47,411 nt of DNA from Elusimicrobiota bacterium (GTDB taxonomy: Bacteria > Elusimicrobiota > Elusimicrobia > UBA1565), in assembly GCA_043819795.1 (NCBI GenBank), contig JBDREN010000131.1, positions 1 through 47,411 on the forward strand, read 5' to 3'. Below the pieces are notes generated by a model that made no database searches, had not been told where the DNA came from, and saw nothing but the letters and a program-made list of their open reading frames with translations. Every line of letters starts with the position of its first letter. Within the stretch, counting starts at the first letter, position 1. The translations under genes and the position numbers were made by a program. Shown here one piece after another: positions 1-9,410 of this stretch.

Positions 1-217
1 GCCCGTGGCAAAAGTATTTCGGATGGCGAAATCGCCTGGAGCGAGCCGAGCCAAGGCGCGACGAGGGAGCATCCCTCGACGGGATGTGACCGAGGAGGCC
101 GCTTCCCAACGGCGTCTGGACGCGGCACTTCCTCGCGATAACGCTCGGTCGCAACGCGGGCGCAGGCCGCTTCCAGGCGATTGCAGGCCCCGGAAGACTT
201 TTGCCACGGGCTGCTAG
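1..217. mobile_element. MITE-like non-autonomous element (left terminus probably clipped by the window edge)
   Basis: Perfect 15-bp inverted repeat GCCCGTGGCAAAAGT (1-15) / ACTTTTGCCACGGGC (197-211), followed by TGCTAG. Inner inverted pair AATCGCCTGGA (30-40) / TCCAGGCGATT (172-182) and hairpin CATCCC-TCGAC-GGGATG. No credible coding capacity. The terminal CTAG coincides with the stop codon of the adjacent gene. Confidence 0.75.
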
Positions 218-981
218 CGGAAGGACATCACCCGGCGATGAGAGAACTCCGGCAGGGGGAACTTGAGGCGGCGGGAGATGGCCGCCCGGTAGCGTCGGTA
301 GCCGGACTCCGGGACCGCGCGCGGGGTCCCCGTCTGAAAGCCCGAAAAGGAGCGGTGGAGATAGTCTGCGGGCCGGTAGGCCGGGGCCGAACAGCAGGCT
401 AGCGTGATCCAGGTGAAAGACGGCCGCTCTTGCGGCCCCCACCGCCTTTCATCGCGATTCCCGGTGTAGAGATCCTCGTCCCAGCGCTCGCGGTCATCCG
501 CCTCCTCGGGCCGCGATTCCAGGTCCCTCCGAGCCGCTCCGCCCCTCAGCCACGCGCCGCGGACCTTCTCGTGGTCCAGATAGGCTCGCGCCGCGGCATG
601 GTCGGGCTCGAGCCGGAGCACGCGCTCGGCCGCGGCCTCGGCGGACAGGGGGAGGCCGTTCTCAGCCGCCCAGCGGGCCAGGGTCCAGAGGGCCGCCGCG
701 TCCCGAGGGTCCGTTTCCGCCTCGCGCGCCCTGTGCTCGGCGTGCTTGTTGGGGCCCGCCACTATCCGCGAGACGGCCTTCCTGGGAAGCGACACCGTCC
801 CGCCATCGACCTCGACCGTGACGCTCCCCTCATCGAGCGAAACGAGGAGTCCGTCCATCGTGTGGCCGTTGCTGAAGGTGAGGCGGGCGCCCATCGGAGG
901 CCGCGCGATCGACTCCCCGGGGGGCGCGGCGCCGGCCGTGGCGCCGGAGGCGAGGAAAGCCAGGATGAGCAGCGGCCTCAT
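214..981 (-). CDS. Secreted hypothetical protein with a short helical (TPR-like) segment
   Basis: Signal-peptide-like N-terminus MRPLLILAFLASGATAGA, then a small beta domain, then DAAALWTLARWAAENGL...VLRLEPDHAAARAYL. A -10-like GATAAT lies 5 nt upstream of the start. Confidence 0.7.
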   Translation of the reverse strand: MRPLLILAFLASGATAGAAPPGESIARPPMGARLTFSNGHTMDGLLVSLDEGSVTVEVDGGTVSLPRKAVSRIVAGPNKHAEHRAREAETDPRDAAALWTLARWAAENGLPLSAEAAAERVLRLEPDHAAARAYLDHEKVRGAWLRGGAARRDLESRPEEADDRERWDEDLYTGNRDERRWGPQERPSFTWITLACCSAPAYRPADYLHRSFSGFQTGTPRAVPESGYRRYRAAISRRLKFPLPEFSHRRVMSFR

Positions 982-1055
982 GTCCTATTATCCCACAGAG
1001 CCCGCCGTTCGGGAAGAGCGCCGCCGATCAGGAGCAGCCGCCGGCGCATCGCGAC

Positions 1056-2132
1056 CTAATCCGCCGGCAGGAGACCGCGGTCGGGGGGGAGGGAAAACGA
1101 TGTCCCGTCGAGCTCGTGGACGGTCTCTTTGAGGCCGTCGGGCCCGGCCTCGATGATGAGGTAATGGGCCTTCTTTCTCTTTGGGTAATCCGGAGGCAGC
1201 GGATAGAGCGGCGAGCCGCCGCCGGCGGTGAGCACATAGCGCACGCCCTTGTGCACCGCGGACCCGAAGGCGTGGATGTGGCCCATGTAGACCCGCTCGA
1301 CCGCGCGCTCGGACATGATCTCCCCGAAGCGCTCGCTTCCCTCCTTGAAGAACCCGCTGCCCCGGAACTGGGCGGAGATGTCCGCCGGGCCGGTCGATTG
1401 GAGCCGTCCCTCGAGGAACGCCGGGACCACATGGGTGAATACGACCTTGCGAAGCGGGGTTTCGAGCTCCCGGTCCAGCCACGCGAGCTGCGCCGAGCCC
1501 AGCCGAGAGTCGGACGAGTCGACCGCGACGAAGCGCCAGCCGTTGTGGTCGAAGGAGTAATCGCCCTCGCCGAAGAGGGCGCGGTACAGGCTCTTGTCGG
1601 CTTCGCCGTTGGGCCTCGACCGGTCGTGGTTGCCGATGACGTGGAACATGGGCAGGCTGACTTCCTCCCCGATGAGCCGGAGGTAGGCGCCGTAGTTTTC
1701 GGCCGTCCCTTTGCTCACGAAGTCCCCGAGCTGCACGATCAAGTCCGGGCTTTGCGCGTGGATGGCCCGGAGCTGTCGCAGGAAGGCGTCTTTGCCCGGC
1801 GACCACCACCGCTGCCAGGGGAAGCGTCCGCCCTCGACGTCGCCGATGACCGCGAAGGTGAAGGACTCGTTGGACTCCGGATGCAGGCTTTTGAGAAGCG
1901 CGGACTGGGCTTGGTTGCCCCACCTGTCGCGGGCGTCCGTCAGCTCCGGCGGCGGCTCGAGGGGCGCGCCCTCGGGCGCGGGGGGCGCGACGGCGGGCTC
2001 AAAGGCATCGAGGCTCGCCTTCTCTCCCGAGCCGTCGAAGATGCCGGAGAGCGTCCGCGGGTCCGTCTCCGCCGACGCCGAGGCGGGCGCGGCCACGGCC
2101 GCGGCGAGCAGTAGAAGCAGCGTGGTCTTCAT
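1056..2132 (-). CDS. Secreted calcineurin-like metallophosphoesterase
   Basis: Signal peptide; motifs IGD, LGDFV, IGNHD, FTH and MGHIH in the canonical order. Confidence 0.9.
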   Translation of the reverse strand: MKTTLLLLLAAAVAAPASASAETDPRTLSGIFDGSGEKASLDAFEPAVAPPAPEGAPLEPPPELTDARDRWGNQAQSALLKSLHPESNESFTFAVIGDVEGGRFPWQRWWSPGKDAFLRQLRAIHAQSPDLIVQLGDFVSKGTAENYGAYLRLIGEEVSLPMFHVIGNHDRSRPNGEADKSLYRALFGEGDYSFDHNGWRFVAVDSSDSRLGSAQLAWLDRELETPLRKVVFTHVVPAFLEGRLQSTGPADISAQFRGSGFFKEGSERFGEIMSERAVERVYMGHIHAFGSAVHKGVRYVLTAGGGSPLYPLPPDYPKRKKAHYLIIEAGPDGLKETVHELDGTSFSLPPDRGLLPAD

Positions 2133-3355
2133 CGCCCCCCTCCCGCGAGGGCGGCTTGTTGCGGCGTGTCCGCGGCCGCCGCGAGCTCATGGAAGGCCTC
2201 GAGCAGCATCCCGGCGCTCCAGCTGAACGGGCTCTCGGAGCGGTAGAGCCAGGCGCGCACCTCGCGGCCGTCTTCGGGGCGGTACACTTCGGAGACCCGG
2301 CCGGAGGAGTTGAGCAGTCCGCAGACCCCCAGCGCGATGCGGTCGCGCAGCGTCCGCTTTCCGAGGCGATGCAGGACGCGCAGCGCGAGCGCCGAGATCC
2401 AGAGCCGGACGAAATCGTCGCCGTAGCCGGGCACGCCGGCCAGGATGATGAGGGGGCTCTTGCCGCGCAGAGGGTATCGCTGGCTCGTCCGCGGCCCCCA
2501 AGGCGTCCAGAGCCCGAGGCGGTCCATGGCGCGCACGATGGCGGCGGCCTGCGTCTCGTCGGCGAAGCCCCACGCGGCCGCGGCGAGGTTGGCCTCGGAG
2601 GACAGCAGGCGATGCTTCAGGGAGTCCGCGAAGAAGCCGCGCTCCGCGTCCCAGAATCCCCGGTGCAGGCGCCGGGCGTAGGTCCGGGCGCGGTCCTTCC
2701 AGGTGGCCGCCGTCCGGGCCCGGCCCATCGCCCTGCAGAGGTCCTCGAGCGAGCGCATCGCCCGCCAGCGCAGGAGCTGCGTGAAGAACACCGCGCCGCG
2801 GCGGGCGGGGGTCTTGTCCTTCCAGTCCGAGCACGGTGGCTGATGGACGAGGCCGTCGCGCTCGAGGGCGTCGTAGGCGGCCATGGCGAGATCGAGCTTC
2901 GGAAGCGCGAGCCCGGCCCAGGCGAGGTTATCCGCGCGTAGCGCGTAGTGCGCCGCGGTCCAGACGACCAGGCTGTTGGAGTCGACCGCCGTCACGAGCT
3001 GGTCGGAGAGGAAGTTGGGGGCCAGGGGCTCTCTCAGGGGCACCAGGCCGCCGAGGACCGCGCGGGCGAAGCGCATGCCGGGATGAAAGGAGTCCAGCAG
3101 GCGCGGGAGAAGTCCGTCGGGCCGCTGGCGCGCGAGGATCGCGTCGAGCGTGTCCCGCACGGCCCGGGCCTCCCCGGCGGCCAGCAGCCCGCCCGCCGCG
3201 AAGCAGAAGTCGCGCGTCCAGACCGAATGGTACTTGCCGGGGCCGGCGACGAGCAGGGTCCGCTCGCGACCGTCCGGGCCCTTCAGAGGGCGGAGGTTCG
3301 CGCGCAGGTTGCGCGCGGCGACGGCCGACGCTTTCAGCAGCTCTTGACGGTCCAT
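2129..3355 (-). CDS. (alpha/alpha)6-barrel glycoside hydrolase (amylo-alpha-1,6-glucosidase/GH78/GH100-like)
   Basis: AGPGKYHSVWTRD, QRPDGLLP, DWKD, FWD and C-terminal FSWSAGM motifs typical of six-hairpin glycosidases. ATGA overlap with the next gene. Confidence 0.75.
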   Translation of the reverse strand: MDRQELLKASAVAARNLRANLRPLKGPDGRERTLLVAGPGKYHSVWTRDFCFAAGGLLAAGEARAVRDTLDAILARQRPDGLLPRLLDSFHPGMRFARAVLGGLVPLREPLAPNFLSDQLVTAVDSNSLVVWTAAHYALRADNLAWAGLALPKLDLAMAAYDALERDGLVHQPPCSDWKDKTPARRGAVFFTQLLRWRAMRSLEDLCRAMGRARTAATWKDRARTYARRLHRGFWDAERGFFADSLKHRLLSSEANLAAAAWGFADETQAAAIVRAMDRLGLWTPWGPRTSQRYPLRGKSPLIILAGVPGYGDDFVRLWISALALRVLHRLGKRTLRDRIALGVCGLLNSSGRVSEVYRPEDGREVRAWLYRSESPFSWSAGMLLEAFHELAAAADTPQQAALAGGGR

Positions 3356-3364
3356 CGGGGCCGG

Positions 3365-4390
3365 CTATATTGTACCAAACAGGCGCGCCAGCGGAACGAG
3401 GCTGCGCACCGTGCGCGCGTCGATGGCCCAGAGCGCCAGCAGGCTCAGCGCCCCCAGCGCCGCCGCCGCCGCGACCCGGGCCGCGGGGGCGGCCGTCTCC
3501 CACCGGGTCTCGAAGAAGTGCCAGAGGCTGGAGCACCCGAGGGCGAACGGCAGGAAGCCCAGGTACCCCAGGAGCGGCATCTCGAAGAGCTTCGGGCCCT
3601 TGGGCCAGGGCACGGTGTACTTCCACTTGGCGCCCGCCCAGAAATTCAGAGATTCCCAGAGAAGGCCGCAGATCAGTCCCGAGAGCAGCAAAGCCGAGAG
3701 GTCCCGGGCCTTGCCGGCGCTCAGCGAGGCCAGCCACGAGCGACGCGGCCGGCGGCGGGCCAGCCACGGCTCGATCATGAGGAAGGCCGGCGCCCAGACG
3801 AGTCCGAAGAAGAGCCGGGGCCAGAGCATCGGGAGGGCCAGGCAGACGACGCCGAGACAGAAAGAGGCCTTGAGCGTCACGTCGGAGACGGCGTCCGGCA
3901 CGGCGCCCCTGCCGGGGTCGACGCCGCGCCGGAGCAGGGTCGCGCAAAACGCGGCCGTCTCCAGGATGGCCGGCAGGACGGTCGCGAAAGCCAGGACGTA
4001 CCCGGGCCAGCGGATCCACAGCGGCTCCGGCAGTTCCCAATATTCCCAGTTCGCGAGGCGGAGGTTCAGGGCTTCGTAGATGAGCCAGGCCGGGACCGAG
4101 AAGAGCGCCATGCGGGCGTAGGTCCCCGGCCGGTCAGCGATCCAGGACGGGGCGCCCTCCGCGGGGCGCGCACCGGCCGCCAACGCCGAATCCGAGGGCG
4201 TCCGGCACGGCGCCCCTGCCGGGGTCGACGCCGCGCCGGCCAGCCGGCGGTTGGCTCCCCCGACGAGCATCAGGTAGGACCACCAGACGGGCAGGTAGAA
4301 GAACTGCCGGATCCATGGCGCCCCGGAGGCGAGCGCGCCGATCGACAAGGCCAGTCCGCACGCCCCGGCCGCCAGCATCATATTCGCCAT
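3365..4390 (-). CDS. Polytopic membrane protein of unknown function carrying two in-frame repeat insertions
   Basis: About 8 hydrophobic segments; motifs YEALNLRLANWEY and WESLNFWAGAKWKY...LFEMPLLGYLGF. Repeat copies at 3890-3932 and 4173-4241. Confidence 0.8.
   Translation of the reverse strand: MANMMLAAGACGLALSIGALASGAPWIRQFFYLPVWWSYLMLVGGANRRLAGAASTPAGAPCRTPSDSALAAGARPAEGAPSWIADRPGTYARMALFSVPAWLIYEALNLRLANWEYWELPEPLWIRWPGYVLAFATVLPAILETAAFCATLLRRGVDPGRGAVPDAVSDVTLKASFCLGVVCLALPMLWPRLFFGLVWAPAFLMIEPWLARRRPRRSWLASLSAGKARDLSALLLSGLICGLLWESLNFWAGAKWKYTVPWPKGPKLFEMPLLGYLGFLPFALGCSSLWHFFETRWETAAPAARVAAAAALGALSLLALWAIDARTVRSLVPLARLFGTI
3890..3932 (+). repeat. Palindromic repeat family A, copy 1 (3' part only)
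   Basis: GGCGTCCGGCACGGCGCCCCTGCCGGGGTCGACGCCGCGCCGG; read on the minus strand as RRGVDPGRGAVPDA in the host gene. Confidence 0.95.
4173..4241 (+). repeat. Palindromic repeat family A, copy 2 (full length, 69 bp)
   Basis: CCGGCCGCCAACGCCGAATCCGAGGGCGTCCGGCACGGCGCCCCTGCCGGGGTCGACGCCGCGCCGGCC; read on the minus strand as AGAASTPAGAPCRTPSDSALAAG. Confidence 0.95.
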
Positions 4391-4415
4391 GGTTTCCTCC
4401 GGACGGAGCGAGGCG

Positions 4416-5282
4416 TTACTGCTTGGACGGGGTGATGTCCTGGAACGTGGCGCCGACGCCGGCGAGGGTGCCGCGGGTGTCTTTGATGAGAAGCGTGCTG
4501 TAGCCGAGCAGGCGGGGATCGCCGTCGCGCCACCACCGTATCTCCTGGCGTTTCACCGTGTTCTTCGTGGAGAGCGTCTGGCGCAGGACCTGCGCGAGCT
4601 CGGGGATCTCGGTGAGCGCCTTCTCTATCGGCATCGTCGTGGGCTCCCCGGATATTTTCAGCATGCGGCGGGCCGCCGGGTTGCACATCATCACCCGGCC
4701 CTTGGGGTCCACGGCCACGAACCCGCCCGACAGGCTGTCGAAGATGCTGGCCTTGCGCGTCGTGACCCGGGTGGCTATGTTCTCGAGCTCGAGGCGGCGG
4801 ATCGTGTGCGAGGTCTGCTGCGCGATCGCGCGGACGAGCTTGAGGTCGTCGGGCGTGAACGCCGCCGGCCGGGGGGAGAGGTACTCGAAGACCCCGACGA
4901 AGTCGAGGCTGACGAAGAGGGGGATGGCCATCACCGAGCGCGCTTCCACGCCCGGGGCGCGGTCGACGTCCTTGTCGTATCGGGCGTCGTGCTCCGTGTC
5001 CGTGACCAGGAGCGGCTCGTGGAACTTGGCGACCCATCCGGCCAAGCCCTCGCCGATGGTGACGGGGGTGTAGTCGGGCTCCGGCGGAGCGTCTCCGAGC
5101 CGGCAGAAGGGGACGAGCTGGCGCGAGAGCGTGTCGTAGTAGAGGTAGGCGCCGGCCGGCGCGTCGAGGGCCGCGGCGGTCTTCTCGAGCAGCCGGGACC
5201 AGACCTTGATGTCGTTGGACTCCCGCATCGCGGCGAGGAACTCCAGCGCGTCGTAGAGGGTGTCGAGGGGTTCCTTCCTCAT
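4416..5282 (-). CDS. GAF + PAS domain sensor protein without an output domain
   Basis: Start MRKEPLD overlaps the upstream stop (ATGA). GAF motifs GEGLAGWVA, DARYDKDVD, RSVMAIPL and FTPDD; PAS motifs IFDSLSGGFVAVD, NPAARRML and FQDIT, followed immediately by the stop. Confidence 0.85.
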   Translation of the reverse strand: MRKEPLDTLYDALEFLAAMRESNDIKVWSRLLEKTAAALDAPAGAYLYYDTLSRQLVPFCRLGDAPPEPDYTPVTIGEGLAGWVAKFHEPLLVTDTEHDARYDKDVDRAPGVEARSVMAIPLFVSLDFVGVFEYLSPRPAAFTPDDLKLVRAIAQQTSHTIRRLELENIATRVTTRKASIFDSLSGGFVAVDPKGRVMMCNPAARRMLKISGEPTTMPIEKALTEIPELAQVLRQTLSTKNTVKRQEIRWWRDGDPRLLGYSTLLIKDTRGTLAGVGATFQDITPSKQ

Positions 5283-7258
5283 GGCTCGCTCAAGAAGCTT
5301 CCGAAGTATATGCGCCGCCGCAGCGGCTTCTTGCGCGTCCGGTCCGTGACGCGGTCGCCGGATTCCATGCCGGTCAGCGGGCGCCCGAAGCGCTCGACGA
5401 ACGTGGTGCGAAGGGTCCTGCCGGCCGATGAGCGGCTCTCCAGCAGCCCGTCGCCTCCCGTATAGAGTAGCACATGATTGACGCGTTTCGACCGTGCGGA
5501 TTCGGTGAGGAACACCGCGTCGCCGGGGAGCATCCGGCGCCGGCGCACGGGGCGGGCCTTGAGGTATTGGGCGTGGGCGTCCCGGGGGACGCTGATGCCG
5601 ACGGACCGGTAGGCCAGCTGAACGAGGCCGGAGCAGTCGAGGCCCCATCCCGGCTTCGGCTGCAGGCTCGAGCGGCCGCCCCAGACGTAGCGGTCGCCCA
5701 GAAAGAGGGCCGCCGCCTCGAGGACGTCCCGCCCGTCGGGGGGCGGGCGCGCCGCCGCGTCGAGCCGCAGCAGGGCTCCGGAATCCACGTGGGCCGTGCG
5801 GCCGTCGAGAAGGAGGACGTCCGTGCGCGCGCCGCGGTCCGTCCCGGCGAGGAGGGCCGTCCCCAGGGGGAGCGTCAGGCTCTCCTCGAGGCCCTGGGCC
5901 TCGAGCCAGCGCAGCTCGGCGCGCTTAGCCCGGATCACCGCGTTGGGGTGATAAGGGATCGGGGCGATCCGCAGGGCGTCGGCGCGCATCCAGCCGGGGT
6001 ACCCGCCCCAGGATCCCGGCTTCGGATGGTGCTGCTGTTCGACGGCAAGGACGCGGACCCAGTCGCCCTTCGCCTCCAATATCCGGACGCGCTCGCCGTA
6101 GAGGAGCTGGGAGCGCCGGGCGGGATCGGTCGCGCTGAGCCGCCGGGAAGCGCGCGGGCGCGCCCGGAGGTCGGCCGTCGGCACGCCGACCACGGCTTCC
6201 AGCGGGAATCGTTCCGAGAGCATGTAGGCGAGGCCGTTCTTGTTCTGAAGCCACGCCTTCTCGAGCTGGCTCCGCCGGTAGACGCGGCGCACCGTCTTGC
6301 GCGTCGGCGCCGCCGGATCGTTGACGATCACGTCGCCCCGAGCGGTGAATCCGGTCACGACCAGCAGGTGTCCCCGCGACCGGGGCAGGGGGGCGCCCGT
6401 CAGCTCGCCCTCCTTGAACGTGATTGAGACGACGACCGGCCGTCCGGCCGCGATCTCATCTTGAAGGGTGTTGAGCGACGGCAATCGGGCCACCTGTCCG
6501 GCGAGGCCGTAGGCCGCGGCGGCGGCGACGTTGAAGGGCCAGTTGCCGTAGATGCCGGCGCCCGTGTCCCGGACGGCTTCGGCGACCTCGAGCGTGTCCC
6601 GCTTCACGCCCCAGTATTCGAGCACCATCGCCAGCGCCGTCGGACTGCAGATGTCGCGCCGGTACTTCTTCTGCTGCTCCATCTGCGAGCGCGGAGCCAC
6701 CTTCAGCTCGCGGACCCAGGGTCCTTTCTCGAAGGGGGGCGACGGGGGGGGCGGGTGCGAGATGCTTTCGTAGGCGACGGCCACCCGCGTGAGGCGCGCC
6801 TCGCGCGCGCCCGCGGAGGTCATCCGGATGCGGTAGCGGAACGCGTCGGCCGGACGGCTGAGCTTCAGCGTGTCGACCGCGACGAAGCCGTTGGCGTCGC
6901 GCTGCCGGTCGAAGCTCTTCGGCGCGCCCGGCTCCCAGCGGGAGAGGCGGTACCACTTCGACCATTTCCCGCCCTGGCGCGCCTGGGCGTCCATCTCCAC
7001 GGAGGCCCCGCGGGGGGTATCGGCGTTCCATGACCCGACGAGGTCGTCGAAGTGGAAGGCGGTCTCGATCACGGGGGACTCGAGCGCGCCGGTGCCCTGG
7101 AGCAGGCCCTTCTCGAACGGGAGGGGCGCGAGGCCCTCGATGCGGGCCCCCTGCAGGTCGAGCGGGGAGACGTGCACGACGGTCACGCCGGCCTCCGCGC
7201 GCGGCGCGGCCTGGAGGGCCATCGCCAGCAGGAGAAAGGCGGCGCCGCGTCTGCGCAT
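5279..7258 (-). CDS. Secreted fusion: C39-like cysteine peptidase + SH3b + NlpC/P60 (C40) peptidase
   Basis: Signal MRRRGAAFLLLAMALQAAPRAEA. C39-like SQM...ICSPTALAMVL...GHLLVVTGF...VNDP. SH3b-like SQLLYGERVRIL...YPGWM. NlpC/P60 YVWGG...GLDCSGLVQ...PRDA...HVLLY. Confidence 0.85.
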   Translation of the reverse strand: MRRRGAAFLLLAMALQAAPRAEAGVTVVHVSPLDLQGARIEGLAPLPFEKGLLQGTGALESPVIETAFHFDDLVGSWNADTPRGASVEMDAQARQGGKWSKWYRLSRWEPGAPKSFDRQRDANGFVAVDTLKLSRPADAFRYRIRMTSAGAREARLTRVAVAYESISHPPPPSPPFEKGPWVRELKVAPRSQMEQQKKYRRDICSPTALAMVLEYWGVKRDTLEVAEAVRDTGAGIYGNWPFNVAAAAAYGLAGQVARLPSLNTLQDEIAAGRPVVVSITFKEGELTGAPLPRSRGHLLVVTGFTARGDVIVNDPAAPTRKTVRRVYRRSQLEKAWLQNKNGLAYMLSERFPLEAVVGVPTADLRARPRASRRLSATDPARRSQLLYGERVRILEAKGDWVRVLAVEQQHHPKPGSWGGYPGWMRADALRIAPIPYHPNAVIRAKRAELRWLEAQGLEESLTLPLGTALLAGTDRGARTDVLLLDGRTAHVDSGALLRLDAAARPPPDGRDVLEAAALFLGDRYVWGGRSSLQPKPGWGLDCSGLVQLAYRSVGISVPRDAHAQYLKARPVRRRRMLPGDAVFLTESARSKRVNHVLLYTGGDGLLESRSSAGRTLRTTFVERFGRPLTGMESGDRVTDRTRKKPLRRRIYFGSFLSEP

Positions 7259-7284
7259 GCTCTGCTCATCGTCCGTTGGACAAC

Positions 7285-7341
7285 AAGGCCGCGCGCCGCG
7301 CCGGTGGACGACCGCCCTCGGCGCTGCGCGCGGCCTTTTTT
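7285..7341. terminator. GC-rich hairpin, possible (bidirectional) terminator downstream of the ferredoxin
   Basis: AAGGCCGCGCGC (7285-7296) / GCGCGCGGCCTT (7326-7337), with a T run on + and TTGTTGT on -. Confidence 0.5.
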
Positions 7342-7359
7342 GGAAGCCGGCTCGTGCCG

Positions 7360-7674
7360 CTACTTTACGAGCGCGTTGTCCGGCTTCTTGGGCGCTTCGT
7401 TCGGCGGCCGCGGCGTGACTTTCGGATTGTCCTTGAACGTCGGCGCGAGCTCCGCGTTGACCTTCGCCCAGTCGGGAGATTCGTCCACGGACCCCACGAT
7501 GCCGCCGATGGGGCATTCAGGCAAGCAGACTCCGCAGTCGATGCACACCTCGGGGTCGATGACCATGAAGTTCTCGCCTTTGTACTCGCCGGGATGGATG
7601 CAGTCCACGGGGCAGACATCTACGCACGCCGCGTAGACCTCGCCCAAGCACTTATCAATGATGACGTGTGGCAT
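7360..7674 (-). CDS. Dicluster ferredoxin (7Fe, FdxA-like)
   Basis: CLGEVYAACVDVCPVDCIH and DPEVCIDCGVCLPECP cysteine motifs; RBS-like GGAAGGG upstream. Confidence 0.93.
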   Translation of the reverse strand: MPHVIIDKCLGEVYAACVDVCPVDCIHPGEYKGENFMVIDPEVCIDCGVCLPECPIGGIVGSVDESPDWAKVNAELAPTFKDNPKVTPRPPNEAPKKPDNALVK

Positions 7675-7873
7675 GGTCCCTTCCTTCTCCCTGTTCTATG
7701 TATTAGCCGAATTTACATGGAATCTTTAAACTGCTAGACTCGCGGCCAAACGGCTGAAGTCATGCTCGATTCCGGAGAGGATTCTAACTCATTTCCAAAT
7801 CGGTGTCAACGCGGCCCGGGGCGGGGCTCGGTTCCGTTCCGGGGCGGCGCGCTTTCCTTAAAGGCCGGCGGGA

Positions 7874-9327
7874 ATGACGCGACGTATCCCTTGGCCGTGG
7901 CTGCGCTGTGCCTGCTGCTCTGGCCGGCCGTTCCGGCCGCCAACGCCGCACCGGAGGGCGTCCGGCACGGCGCCCCTGCCGGGGTCGACGCCGCACCGGT
8001 CTGGGCCGCGGAGGGCGGGCCGGGGAATCCGGAAGGGCCTTCCCGTTTCTCGGGATGGCGCTTGGACGGCAGCATGTCGCTCAACTGGCGCAACGTGGGC
8101 CCGCGGGAGCCCGGGTTCGAGACCCAGATCCAGAACGAGGTCTATCTCGCCGACATGTACTTCGGGGTCCGCGGCCCGGTCCTAGACGGGGTCCCGTTTC
8201 TAATGGAGTTCAACATGCCGACCGGCGGCCAGGGGCAGCTGAGCCTGTATCGCTTCCTTTTCCACTACGACCGCCTCCCGAGCTGGGCCTTCTGGGGCGG
8301 CAAGTTCCTCGTCCCCTTCGGGCGCCACAACGAGCTTTACCGCCCGGACATGTTCCTGACGGTGACGCGACCCCTGCTCTACGCCTCGCCCGACAGCCTC
8401 GACCTCGTCGTGCGCATCAATTCCCCGCGCCCGCCGTTCTCCTCGGGCTACACCGACATCGGCGCCCGGGTCACCTATTATCCTCCGGAGCACAGGTGGT
8501 TCATCCCCAGCGAGGCGACCTTATTCGTGGTCAACGGCCTAAGCGAGAGCTCGAATCGCCAGAGGACGTTCCCCACGCCCGAGAATCTCGGCATCCCTCC
8601 TCCTCCGCCGAACGGGGTGTCGATCGACTTCGGGCACGAGAACAACAACCTCGCCGACAATAACAACAATAAGGTGCCGGGAGGGCGCGTCGTCTTCGCG
8701 CTCGGGGACCTGGACCTGCCGTGGCCGATCCCCGAGGGGCAGCGGGACCTCAACGGTCTCTTGCTCGGCGTGTCGGCGATGGGCGGCCAGTATGAGCTGG
8801 AGGCCGTGCTGAACTACATGATGATCGGAGTGGACCTCGGGTTCGAGTATCAGGGCGTCAATGTCACGGCGGAGTACATGCACAGCTTCACGCATTTCAA
8901 GTCGCCGCTCGAAGCCGCCCCCTCGAGCACCACGCTTCTCACGCCGACCATCTTCGTCCGCGATTATGAGGAGATTCAGGGATTCTTCATCCAGGGTTCC
9001 TTTCCGCTCATTAGGGCTCCCCGCTGGGGCAGGCGCGTAACGGGCGTCGTGGTCTACAACCGGGCGTACCGGCGCGGCCCCCTGCTGGACCTGCTCCTGA
9101 ACCAGACCGTCAACGGGGAGTTCTTCGAGTCGATCGCCGCCTATAATCCGGTCGCGCCGCGCATCGAGCGGCGCGTCACGAAGTATACGGCGGGCCTGAA
9201 CTGGCAGCTGAGCGACCACTTCATCCTCAAGGGCGAATATTCGTATTGGGCGATGGGGGCTTCCTCCACGATCACCGGGACGAGGGATATCTATCAGGGC
9301 GCCTTCTCGGTCGTCATGGGATTCTGA
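7874..9327 (+). CDS. Outer-membrane beta-barrel (porin-like) protein; start uncertain (ATG 7874 with a one-base frameshift, or TTG 7891)
   Basis: Hydrophobic signal LAVAALCLLLWPAVPAA; GKFLVPFG, DNNNNK and alternating beta-strand patterns; C-terminal Phe (VVMGF). Confidence 0.75.
7933..7999 (+). repeat. Palindromic repeat family A, copy 3
   Basis: Encodes PAANAAPEGVRHGAPAGVDAAP in-frame at the signal-peptide/mature-protein junction. Confidence 0.95.
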
Positions 9328-9339
9328 GGATGAAGTCTT

Positions 9340-9381
9340 GGCGTTTCCCGGAAATCCCCAGAGGGATTTACGGGAAACGCC
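9340..9381. other. Intergenic 19-bp-stem hairpin
   Basis: GGCGTTTCCCG-G-AAATCCC CAGA GGGATTT-A-CGGGAAACGCC between two co-directional genes; no U-tract. Confidence 0.7.
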
Positions 9382-9410
9382 GCTCTGCTCACGACAACGC
9401 GGCTGACCCG

